Source: a virus (taxonomy: Duplodnaviria; Caudoviricetes). Taken from it: a stretch of DNA of 64,000 nucleotides. The DNA is taken from positions 15,910 through 79,909 of the IMG/VR virus record IMGVR_UViG_3300006125_000005; one strand, given 5' to 3'. The position numbers were made by a program, and so were the translations under genes. Positions 10,106-19,159 of the stretch are shown in pieces. How positions within the stretch are numbered: the first letter of the stretch is position 1; every line of letters begins with the position of its first letter. The notes under the pieces are model-generated. The model was not told the origin of the DNA and ran no database searches. It saw nothing but the letters and a program-made list of their open reading frames with translations.

Positions 10106-11971
10106 TTGGTTCAGCGTTTACGAGCTAACTTTTTAACTGGTACTTTGGGTACAGGTGGGCTATTGGCAAATAGTACTACTATCCATTTTACTGGGTCAGG
10201 TTTAGGTAATATTACAGTTACTACTGGTACTAATTATTTGCCACTTGTTATTAACCCAAACCAAAGTACAACAGCTAGTGGTAATGTTTCAGAAATTGTT
10301 TATGTTACTAGCTATACAGCTAATGCTACAACAGCAACAGTAATTAGAGGCCAAGAAGGTACATCTGGGTTTACTGCTTCAGGTTGGGCTAGTGGAACTA
10401 CTTGGTCCCATGGTGCATTAGCTTCAGATTTTGGCTTTGTTAATCAAATTAACAATGGTGACTTTCCAGCTCCAACAGTTTCTGGCCAGTTTTTTACTTC
10501 TACTTCGACTACAAGTGGCCAATGGTCTAATCTTACTGTAGATACATCAGAGATTAATGCTGGTCCGTTACCATCCGGGATAACCATTAGTGGTGCAGCT
10601 GTTTATGGTGACCTTACAGCCAATGCTACTATTTCTGGGTCAGCTGTTTATGGACCCTTATCTAATGCTACTATTTCTGGTAGTAGAGTATCTGGTGTTG
10701 TAGCTAATGCTACTAATGCTACTAACGCTACCAATGCCACTAATGCCACTAATTTAACTGGAACATTAGCTGCTGCCCAAGTTTCTGGATACTTATCGTC
10801 AAGTACTATTAGTGGAAGCCAAGTTAAAAGCCCAGTAGCCTTAGCTAGTGGATTGACTTCTACCGCTACTATTTTGGGTAGTCAAGTTAGTACAGCAGTT
10901 GCAAGTGCTAATACAGCATCAGCATTATCTGGTAATATTAACACTACTCAGATTAATCCTGGTACACTTCCAAGTAATGTATTAGTAAATGCTGTAACTG
11001 TAACAGGAAATATAGCTAATGCTACTATCAGTGGTACTAACGTTTATGGTTACCTTGCAAATGCAACTATTAGTGGATCCCAAGTTACTGGAATAGTAAC
11101 AACTAACGTAGTAGCTAGCAGTGTACAACCTGGAACCTTCCAAAGTGGTGTATATATTCCTGGTGCTCAGGTAACGGGTACAGTTGCAAATGCTACTACA
11201 TCTGTAAGTGCTAATACTTCTTTGGCATTAACTGGAACTATTTCTGGTAGCCAAGTTACTGGTTATTCTCCAGTAACTATTTCTGGTTCCCAGGTATTGA
11301 GTATAGTTGCAAGTGCTAATACCTCCTTAGCTCTAACTGGACAAATTGTCCCAACCCAAATTAATCCTGGGACCTTGCCTAGTAATGTCATAGTACCAGC
11401 TGTAACAGTTACGGGTTATCTTGCTAATGCTACAATTTCAGGTAGTAAAGTTGGTGGAACGGTCCCAAGTGCTACTACGTTAGCTTCCCCAATTAGTCCA
11501 TCAGCAGCTGTAACAGCTGGTTCAGATGGACAGGTACTTACAACTAGTGGTACAAGTGTAGTATGGGCTAGTCCCCAAGTTAATGGCTGGTCAAATAATG
11601 CTACAGGAAGTGCCTCTGGAGTAAACTTTACTACTACTGTTCCAACTCCAAGTTATAGTCCAACTGTTTGTGCATCTACTACAGTTAGTGGTTTTACTAA
11701 GTATCTCATTTCTATAAGTGCTTATATGGGTAATAATAGTGGAGCTGCAGCCATCAATCCTTGGCTTGGTTATGGGACTTCTGGATCTGCCTTTATTGAC
11801 CGTAAAGAAGTATTTACTATACAACTCGGTAGTTACTTATCGCCAACTGTTAACTTTATAGCATCTTTTGCTAATACAAATAGTAATACGTTACTTGTAT
11901 TAGCTGCAAACAACTCTGGTACAAACTTACAAGTATATGGAAGTACTATTTCTGTTATTGGATTAAGCTAA
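10106..11971 (+). CDS. Ser/Thr/Gly-rich fibre-like virion protein
   Basis: 621 aa; repeated ATISG and ANAT units; N-terminal VIRGQEGT domain. Confidence 0.6.
   Translation: MVQRLRANFLTGTLGTGGLLANSTTIHFTGSGLGNITVTTGTNYLPLVINPNQSTTASGNVSEIVYVTSYTANATTATVIRGQEGTSGFTASGWASGTTWSHGALASDFGFVNQINNGDFPAPTVSGQFFTSTSTTSGQWSNLTVDTSEINAGPLPSGITISGAAVYGDLTANATISGSAVYGPLSNATISGSRVSGVVANATNATNATNATNATNLTGTLAAAQVSGYLSSSTISGSQVKSPVALASGLTSTATILGSQVSTAVASANTASALSGNINTTQINPGTLPSNVLVNAVTVTGNIANATISGTNVYGYLANATISGSQVTGIVTTNVVASSVQPGTFQSGVYIPGAQVTGTVANATTSVSANTSLALTGTISGSQVTGYSPVTISGSQVLSIVASANTSLALTGQIVPTQINPGTLPSNVIVPAVTVTGYLANATISGSKVGGTVPSATTLASPISPSAAVTAGSDGQVLTTSGTSVVWASPQVNGWSNNATGSASGVNFTTTVPTPSYSPTVCASTTVSGFTKYLISISAYMGNNSGAAAINPWLGYGTSGSAFIDRKEVFTIQLGSYLSPTVNFIASFANTNSNTLLVLAANNSGTNLQVYGSTISVIGLS
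10702..10753 (+). repeat. 9-bp tandem repeat encoding (ATN)n
   Basis: gctactaat-like units, about 5 copies, encoding ANATNATNATNATNATN. Confidence 0.8.
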
Positions 11972-12837
11972 TGAGGGTAAGACCCATTCCACAATATTCC
12001 GTGGAGCCCATTGGGCTTATGATCTATGTTCAAGGTGCACTTACAGATGCTGATGACAATTCGGTGACCCTAGAAGTTATTAATACTGATAATAACGTCG
12101 TACTGGTTCCAAGTGGGACAGCAGCTACTCGTGAAAGTACAGGAACTTATACCTATAGTCTCAGCTCTACAGAGACAACTATATTAGGTAACTATAAAGC
12201 CAATTGGTCCTATACTACTAGTGGGAATGCAAGGTTTTACTCAGACTCCTTTACTATTACAGAAGCAATGCCTTATTGGCAAATGTTAACAGCAGATGAA
12301 AAGCAATTAGTTGCTGGAATTGTACATAGATTAGATAAAAGTTTTGACTCCTCTTCTGGTGGTCCATACTTGCAGGAGCTTAGTCAATCTGGTTTTAATA
12401 TGTACGAAGATGTTGCATTCCTTATGTCAACAGAAGCTTTAGACTATATTAACTATGAGTTTCAGCCCGTATTCCGTCCAGCTTATGATATGGGTTCTAA
12501 TGCAATGGTTCCGTTTCCTTCTACCTGGTGGGGTGTATTAGCTACTCAAACCTATGCTCACTTCATTAAGCATATTGCTAGAAACTATATTGAGCAACCT
12601 ACTCCAGAAGGTATGAATGCTGCCTGGATGAATAGAAGAGATTACTATAATCGCTGGATGGATCTCTATAACATAGAGAAAGAAATTGCTGACAAACAGC
12701 TCCGTCAGATGAAGCGTGCATACATGGTTGGTTCTAAGAGAAGTCTTTTGGTTGCTGGTGGTCTTATTCCAAGAATGTTTATCAACCCAGCACGTCCTCA
12801 CTTTATGTATGCTGCTGTAAATATGGGTGGTATGTAG
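11971..12837 (+). CDS. Putative head-tail adaptor / neck protein
   Basis: 288 aa; Ig-like N-terminus (RESTGTYTY) plus helical C-terminus; position ahead of the neck genes. Confidence 0.5.
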   Translation: MRVRPIPQYSVEPIGLMIYVQGALTDADDNSVTLEVINTDNNVVLVPSGTAATRESTGTYTYSLSSTETTILGNYKANWSYTTSGNARFYSDSFTITEAMPYWQMLTADEKQLVAGIVHRLDKSFDSSSGGPYLQELSQSGFNMYEDVAFLMSTEALDYINYEFQPVFRPAYDMGSNAMVPFPSTWWGVLATQTYAHFIKHIARNYIEQPTPEGMNAAWMNRRDYYNRWMDLYNIEKEIADKQLRQMKRAYMVGSKRSLLVAGGLIPRMFINPARPHFMYAAVNMGGM

Positions 12838-13274
12838 TGGATTGGAATCAACGTTACGCTAACGAATCTGATGAAGATTTTAAAGATTTTACAAATAAGT
12901 TTAAGTTTTGGACAGCTAATCATTATTTGACTAGAGCCAATGAAATGATGGGACTCCACGATGATATGATGGATTTCCACGGAAAGTTAGCCTATGATAC
13001 TACTGGGGGCCATCCAATAACTAGACAGCAACAAGTGGGTGCTGAAAAACGGGGCATTGACCCAATTACTTCCCCTTCTCATGCTCTTGCTGCTCACTTA
13101 CATTCAGCAGCTTTTGATGCTTGGTCAAATCTACAGGGACATATGGGTATACTTGCTGATGATGAACATCAATCATTACATGAAGATCAATGTGAAGCTC
13201 TTAGAGAGCATGCTGAACACCTTTCTTCACTTGCCAACTCTGTCTCAGAACAGTTTAGACACGAGGATAACTAG
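12837..13274 (+). CDS. His-rich hypothetical protein
   Basis: GTG start overlapping upstream stop; 145 aa. Confidence 0.55.
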   Translation: MDWNQRYANESDEDFKDFTNKFKFWTANHYLTRANEMMGLHDDMMDFHGKLAYDTTGGHPITRQQQVGAEKRGIDPITSPSHALAAHLHSAAFDAWSNLQGHMGILADDEHQSLHEDQCEALREHAEHLSSLANSVSEQFRHEDN

Positions 13275-14002
13275 TGTCAATTCAGCCATCTTATGGACCA
13301 ATAGAGGAACCTACTCCACCTCTACAGACTATTCCATTTCAGGTTGAGTCCTCTCTCTATGTCCGTAAGCAAACAGAAAATTGGGCTGAGATTGATCAGC
13401 AAAGATTCCATGATGAAGCCTTACAATGGTTTGGTGAGCAGTGTATTGTAAGGTTACTTTGGAGAGCTGAAGATGCAAAAGCTGGTCTAGTTACTTATTG
13501 CCAGGAATGTCAAGACTCCCCAGACCCTTCTAATCCTAATGCTAATATAAGGTCTAGAGTTTCTGCAGTATATAAGCAGACTGGTAACTCTTATTGTCAA
13601 ACTTGCTATGGTACTACATTTACAGGTGGTTTTCAACCTGTAGCTTACCACCTCTATATGTTGGCTTCTGATACTGCAGATACGAGAAAGAATTTAGAAA
13701 CTGGACAGTTTTGGCAACAGAATCCCCAAGTACAATTTTCTTGGTTTCCCCAATTGAGACAGGGTGATTTAGTTGTAAGAATTGAACAATGGGATGGAGA
13801 TACTCCAGTACTTTCTTCAACTAGATTCCAAGTATCAAATGTTAGTCCCGTTACTGTAAGAACTGGTCCAAGCAACTCAGCTATAAAACCCTATAGAACT
13901 GGAAATCAACCATTTCCTACGAACTCTAAGATAGTAAATCAAACTTGCACCTTAGAGAACCTTTGGCCAGAACATCCATACTACCAGGTACCCTACGTAT
14001 GA
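13274..14002 (+). CDS. Putative head-closure / neck protein with CxxC pairs
   Basis: CQEC...CQTCYGT.FTGGF pattern seen in myovirus neck proteins; synteny. Confidence 0.5.
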   Translation: MSIQPSYGPIEEPTPPLQTIPFQVESSLYVRKQTENWAEIDQQRFHDEALQWFGEQCIVRLLWRAEDAKAGLVTYCQECQDSPDPSNPNANIRSRVSAVYKQTGNSYCQTCYGTTFTGGFQPVAYHLYMLASDTADTRKNLETGQFWQQNPQVQFSWFPQLRQGDLVVRIEQWDGDTPVLSSTRFQVSNVSPVTVRTGPSNSAIKPYRTGNQPFPTNSKIVNQTCTLENLWPEHPYYQVPYV

Positions 14003-14496
14003 AAATTCCTGCAGATATAACAGCTAGAATTTCCCAAAGAGCTTCTGAAATAGCTAAGGTATTGGCTCCAAGGAAAACTGGTAAAGGTGCAAATGCTTTA
14101 CGCCCTGCAAGTGCCGAAGGACAAGTGGGTATTGAGATTCCACCTGAAGTTCAATACATGCGTTACCAAAACGATGGTGTAGAATCTAGATTACAGACAG
14201 AATTAGCTGGAAGAACTATTCCTATTAGACTTTCTAGTGGTAGTGTAATCTTTAGAAGAGCAACTAGCAGCAATATTGGTAGGGTAAGATTAGTATCTAG
14301 AGATGAGCATGGTGATCTTATTAGTACTAAGACTACCTGGGAGCATCCAGGTATTGAAGGTAAACACTTTGCTGAAAAAGCTTTGAGACAAGCTACATCA
14401 GAATGGGTTCAAACATTAACAGGCCAAGAAGTTTTGAGAATGCTTGAAGAGTCTGCTGTCAGAGATATCATGATGATCTTAGAGGGGAGGGGTTAA
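13999..14496 (+). CDS. Neck / tail-completion protein (HK97 gp10-like)
   Basis: APRKTG...YMRYQNDG...HPGIEGKHFAEKAL pattern; ATG at 13999 preferred (ATGA overlap). Confidence 0.55.
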   Translation: MKIPADITARISQRASEIAKVLAPRKTGKGANALRPASAEGQVGIEIPPEVQYMRYQNDGVESRLQTELAGRTIPIRLSSGSVIFRRATSSNIGRVRLVSRDEHGDLISTKTTWEHPGIEGKHFAEKALRQATSEWVQTLTGQEVLRMLEESAVRDIMMILEGRG

Positions 14497-15110
14497 TGTT
14501 TATTACAGGTGTAAAAACGTCTATAGTAGAAGCACTAAATGCTGGGTTTGATGCTCTTGGAGAACGTACTTCCAATACGACCTTGGAACTAACCCCTAAT
14601 AGTGTTACGATTGAATATCCTCTCGAAGAAGTTGCCTGGCCTGCTGTCTTTGTTCAATTTAGACCTAGTAAGAGTCAGTGGACAGGATTAGGCCCGGATC
14701 AACTAACAACAATCTCTGGTGTAGGAATTAATAGTACAAGACAACTTTATTTTGAAGGTTCTTTAGATTTGCAAATTTTAGCTATGCACTCTGAAGAAAG
14801 AGATAGGTTATGGGACTCCCTAGTCAATCTTATTACTATGGACCCAGGGTCCCCAGGTTCTTACGCTTTCTATAATAGCATCAACCAAAATAACTTGATA
14901 GCATTAACATTATTACCCGGAACAGTAACGTCTTTAGGAGACACAGTATCACCAGGGACTCCATTTAGTCCAGAAGAGCTAACCTATGAGGCTGGAATTA
15001 GAATTAACTGCATAGGTGAAACCTTTGAGACTAAGTACGATCAACTGTTCCAGCCCATTAGTGAAGTTACGGTATCCGGTACAGCTGAGATCACCGTTTA
15101 TCCGAACTAA
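14496..15110 (+). CDS. Tail terminator
   Basis: EYP...WPAVFV and ERDRLWD motifs; immediately before sheath. Confidence 0.55.
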   Translation: MFITGVKTSIVEALNAGFDALGERTSNTTLELTPNSVTIEYPLEEVAWPAVFVQFRPSKSQWTGLGPDQLTTISGVGINSTRQLYFEGSLDLQILAMHSEERDRLWDSLVNLITMDPGSPGSYAFYNSINQNNLIALTLLPGTVTSLGDTVSPGTPFSPEELTYEAGIRINCIGETFETKYDQLFQPISEVTVSGTAEITVYPN

Positions 15111-15175
15111 TACATTACAAATCCCAACATTGTAATTTTAAGCATACCTAATATAAAGTACTGTAAGGAGAACTT

Positions 15176-16624
15176 ATGCCTATTTCTAATTATGTTAACC
15201 CAGGTGTCTACGTAACTCAAGGCCCTGCTGTAAACGTTGCCACTAACCCCAATAACCCATTGAACGTTTGCTTCCTAGGTTATGCACCTAATGGGGTTCC
15301 TCAATCATCTGCTGCTGATGTTTACCAAGTTACATCAACAAGTGGTGTACAGACCTTTGCTCTTAGTGCAAGTGGTTTTGTTTCTAGCACACTTAACGTA
15401 ACTAATAACGTAACTGGAACCGTTTTGGTATCTGGTGTAGATTATGGTTCAATTGTTACCAGTGGTGGAGTAACTCAATTTTCTACAATTAGTGGTGCCA
15501 ATACTACTCAAGGGACGTGGTTAAGAGCTACCTACTCCGGTACAGCAGCCGTAACTGGTACTGTTTATACTTTTAAGAGCTTTAACGATGTACAGACATT
15601 GTTTGGATCAGCTTTTACATATGATCAGACCGGGACTGCTACCGTTAATTCTCCTAATACTTTAGCTGCTTACTTAGCTTTCCAAAATGGTGCTACTACA
15701 GTTAGTTGTGTTAACATTTCTGGTTCTACTGGTTCTAATTCAGAGTTCTTAGCTGCTGTACAGTCTTTGCAGTTTGTAGACGGAATTGACGTAATTGTCC
15801 CCCTTAAGTATGACACAGGTTACAACACAGGAAGTACGGGTAGTTTATTCGAAGGTGTTAGCAACTTTGTAAGTGCTCAAGCTAACAATGGTGTTTACCA
15901 AAGAGCATTTATTGGAATGGACAGCACCGTTGGTGGTAACCTCTTTAGTGTTTGCAGTAAGATTACTTCAGACCCATCAGTAATTAACCAAAGAGTTACT
16001 TTAGTTGCTCCTAATGTTCTTACCTTTAACCCAGGGTTAAATACAGCAACTGGTGTCAATACGGGTACCGTAAGCATCGATGGTATTTACCTTGCAGCTG
16101 CTGTTGCTGGTTTATTTGCTGGACAACCTACAGTTGCTACACCTATTACTAATAAAGTTGTAACTGGATTTGCTGGAATTCCTAACCAAATTTCAACTGC
16201 TCAATCTAATACACTACAGTCGTATGGTGTAACCGTTGCTAGACAAAATAAGAACGGTCAGATTGTTATTAGACATGGTTTAACGACAGATACTAGTAAC
16301 TGGTTGACCCAGGAAATTTCTATTAATGCTATTGGTGATAGACTTGCTAATATCGTAGAAAATTCTGTAACTAATAGCGGTGTAATTGGTTCACCAATGA
16401 CTAACACAACTATAGTTAGTCTACTGGGTATTATAGAGAAGTCAATTTTGAATGCAAAGAATCAAGGTTTAATTCAAGCATATCAAAACTTAAGTTACAC
16501 TATTGACCAAAATAATCCAACGGCTGTAGATGTCACCTTCCAGTACTCACCAACTTATCCCTTGAATTACGTCAATATTGTATTCAATATTAACGCTGCT
16601 ACTGGCCAAATTACAGCCATTTAA
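15176..16624 (+). CDS. Tail sheath protein
   Basis: N-terminal YVNPGVYV; AAAVAG; IVIRHGLTT; C-terminal YSPTYPLNYVNIVF. Confidence 0.9.
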   Translation: MPISNYVNPGVYVTQGPAVNVATNPNNPLNVCFLGYAPNGVPQSSAADVYQVTSTSGVQTFALSASGFVSSTLNVTNNVTGTVLVSGVDYGSIVTSGGVTQFSTISGANTTQGTWLRATYSGTAAVTGTVYTFKSFNDVQTLFGSAFTYDQTGTATVNSPNTLAAYLAFQNGATTVSCVNISGSTGSNSEFLAAVQSLQFVDGIDVIVPLKYDTGYNTGSTGSLFEGVSNFVSAQANNGVYQRAFIGMDSTVGGNLFSVCSKITSDPSVINQRVTLVAPNVLTFNPGLNTATGVNTGTVSIDGIYLAAAVAGLFAGQPTVATPITNKVVTGFAGIPNQISTAQSNTLQSYGVTVARQNKNGQIVIRHGLTTDTSNWLTQEISINAIGDRLANIVENSVTNSGVIGSPMTNTTIVSLLGIIEKSILNAKNQGLIQAYQNLSYTIDQNNPTAVDVTFQYSPTYPLNYVNIVFNINAATGQITAI

Positions 16625-16636
16625 TAGGAGAATAAC

Positions 16637-17206
16637 ATGGTTCAATCAAAATTTCGTGTAGGTGGTGGCTATACACTGCTTACTTACAAGAGCACACCAT
16701 TAAGCTACATTGATATTATTCAGGAAACGGGGCCTCAACCTGTTGCTGCCCCACAAGCTATTCAGCCAATTGATGCTCCGTATCCAATTGAAATTGCCTT
16801 TCCAGCTGCTATCCAAGCTGGTACACTTTCTATAACATTTAGAGAGCAATGGAACTGGGAAGTATGGAGCCAACTTTTTGGTCAAGATGCTTCATTAGAT
16901 TCTAGTAGTACAAAATCTACATCTGGTTCTGGTCCCCAAGATCTTTTAGAAGTTTTTAAGGCACAGTTGCAAGCTAGTAGTTTAGACATTGTTAAAGTTA
17001 TTACAGACCCTAAGGGTAATCAGAGAGTTGCTACTTATAGTGGACTTGTAATTGTCAACGTTGCCATTGATGAAACAATCAACATTGGAACAATGACGTT
17101 ACCAAAGCAGATTCAATTTATGTATACCCAGAGAACAGAGAAGTATTACACGGTTGGAAGTACAGGAACCACAGTTTCTGGGAATACTTACGCCACTTTT
17201 AGTTAA
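16637..17206 (+). CDS. Tail tube protein
   Basis: 189 aa directly after sheath; strong RBS; GTLSITFRE motif. Confidence 0.75.
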   Translation: MVQSKFRVGGGYTLLTYKSTPLSYIDIIQETGPQPVAAPQAIQPIDAPYPIEIAFPAAIQAGTLSITFREQWNWEVWSQLFGQDASLDSSSTKSTSGSGPQDLLEVFKAQLQASSLDIVKVITDPKGNQRVATYSGLVIVNVAIDETINIGTMTLPKQIQFMYTQRTEKYYTVGSTGTTVSGNTYATFS

Positions 17207-17235
17207 AGATTTGCAATAAGAAAGGAATTATCCAA

Positions 17236-18186
17236 ATGCCTGCACGTTCAGTCACAGTTCAGCTTCAACCAGGGGTTGGCCAAGCCATTCTCCCAGACCA
17301 CAGAGCTATGGTCCCTGGAAAGCAATATGTAATTGACTGGGACACCTTTGAGAAAATCTCTAATGGTGCTCGTCAAAATGTCATTAAGGTTGTATCGGTT
17401 CAAACCGATGCTACCACAACCGAAGCTTATGTAGCTCAAACAGACAACGGCAACGTTAACTTCCAAGACATCCTTGGTATGGAGTGGAGTACATTTGCTG
17501 ATGCTAATTTCCAACTTGCTGGTTTTGCTGCCCAAGGTAGTGCCGGTACAAGCTTAGTTGGCCTTATGGACGACAAGTACTTTGTTGGTGGTGCTCCTAT
17601 TGGCCTTAAGGCTTTAACAGGTCCAGATGGTGCCCGTTACCTTCTTGTACAAGCTACTAATAGCATTGAGCAAGGTGATGTTTGCATTTGGGTAGACCCC
17701 ACTAGAGCCGAAGTTAACAGCTATCTTAATAGTAACGACAATAGTCACTACCAAATTCGGGTAGATGGCCAAGGTACAGAGTACCAAGTTCCATCTTTCC
17801 GTAATACGTCGCCCTATGGTATCAATCAGTACGCTATTAGTCGTGGTGGTTTTGCTGGGGTTGCCGTACGTACCTTTAACAACATTGGTTGGATTCAAGT
17901 AGAAGGTATCGCCCCACAGGTAAAAGTTGCCAGCAGTGTTGTAGCTGGTGCTACTCTTGCTGCTACTCCAGTTGGTACACAAGGTGAAGCTAGTTATCAA
18001 CCACATACCCCTACCGTCGTAGATGGTAGTGGTGTAGTAACTGGTTCTGCTCTTGCTAACAAAGTATTTGGTACAGCTCTTACAGATGCTGTTGAAGTTG
18101 GTACCACAGGTGTTTACTTTGCCCAAGCTGAAATCCGCTCACAAAAGGTTAAGAAGCCTTACAGCAGATTCCTCAATAAGAACTAG
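17236..18186 (+). CDS. Putative structural (cement/decoration-like) protein
   Basis: 316 aa; YLLVQA..GD..GVAV..GWIQVEG pattern; between tube and chaperone. Confidence 0.4.
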   Translation: MPARSVTVQLQPGVGQAILPDHRAMVPGKQYVIDWDTFEKISNGARQNVIKVVSVQTDATTTEAYVAQTDNGNVNFQDILGMEWSTFADANFQLAGFAAQGSAGTSLVGLMDDKYFVGGAPIGLKALTGPDGARYLLVQATNSIEQGDVCIWVDPTRAEVNSYLNSNDNSHYQIRVDGQGTEYQVPSFRNTSPYGINQYAISRGGFAGVAVRTFNNIGWIQVEGIAPQVKVASSVVAGATLAATPVGTQGEASYQPHTPTVVDGSGVVTGSALANKVFGTALTDAVEVGTTGVYFAQAEIRSQKVKKPYSRFLNKN

Positions 18187-18239
18187 TTTTTAAGCAGTAA
18201 CAAAGGTAGATAGATCATCTATCCTTGACCTAAGGAGAT

Positions 18240-18734
18240 ATGTTGGAAACCCAACTTAGTGAAGAAAACTTACTTACCTTTCCAGAAGAGTGGAAAGATA
18301 AGTTTGAAGGTTTATTATACCTAGGGTACTTGAAAAAAGAAGTTAATTCAATCCCTTTCCACAAGTTTGTTATCAAAACACTTACTGTTAATGAAAAGCT
18401 AGAAATTAGCCTTTTAACTAAACCATACGAAGATACAGTTGGATACGGTAGAGCCTATAGAGCTGCTGTTGTAGCTGCTGCATTGGAATCCGTAGATGGA
18501 AGAAGATTAGTTCCAGCCTCTAAGGGTTCTAACGTACTCCAACAAAAGTATGACTACGTAGTTAATGGTTGGTATGATTTCGTTATTGATATCCTTTACG
18601 TAGAAGTTGACCAATTAGAGGGCCAAGTATTAAGTGTACTGCAAGAACTAGGGATCTTCCAAGCACCTGGCCCAACTCCTATTTTCGAAGATGAAGTAGA
18701 GAGTGAAAACGATAACCCAAAAGATGGGAAGTAG
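18240..18734 (+). CDS. Tail assembly chaperone (gpG-like)
   Basis: 164 aa; upstream of tape measure; ends just after slippery CCCAAAA. Confidence 0.75.
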   Translation: MLETQLSEENLLTFPEEWKDKFEGLLYLGYLKKEVNSIPFHKFVIKTLTVNEKLEISLLTKPYEDTVGYGRAYRAAVVAAALESVDGRRLVPASKGSNVLQQKYDYVVNGWYDFVIDILYVEVDQLEGQVLSVLQELGIFQAPGPTPIFEDEVESENDNPKDGK

Positions 18735-19159
18735 ATCCCTACATCCTCCATCATATTAGGTTAGCCTACAACAAGGGTGTACTTACTAATAATAATCTCA
18801 ATACAATACAGCAAAATTTTCTTATCTTATTTTTACACTTAGAGCAAAAGCGTGAAATTGAGTCACTGGATGAAAAGTTCCAGCAAGATCTCTTAATTCA
18901 CCGTCCTGAGCTTTACAAGGCTTATCAGGATAAGAGAGAAGAACTTAACTCTTACAGCGTTGACGAAATTGTCTGGGTCAACCCAGAAAGCATGGAAGAA
19001 GCAGAAGAAGTCTTCCGGGACTTTGCTGAACTCTCTAAGAAGATGGGTTACGGTCTAGACAACAAAGAAGAAGCCCAAGAGTTACAAATAATTTCAACTA
19101 ACTCCCTAGAGCAACATGGAATTGATATAGACTTATTAGGGGATGAAGATGGATTATAA
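18716..19159 (+). CDS. -1 frameshift extension of tail assembly chaperone (gpGT-like)
   Basis: C CCA AAA heptamer at 18716-18722; the -1 frame is open to TAA at 19157-19159 (PKRWEVDPYILHHIRLAYNKG...LLGDEDGL*) and has no good start of its own. Confidence 0.8.
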   Translation, partial: PKRWEVDPYILHHIRLAYNKGVLTNNNLNTIQQNFLILFLHLEQKREIESLDEKFQQDLLIHRPELYKAYQDKREELNSYSVDEIVWVNPESMEEAEEVFRDFAELSKKMGYGLDNKEEAQELQIISTNSLEQHGIDIDLLGDEDGL

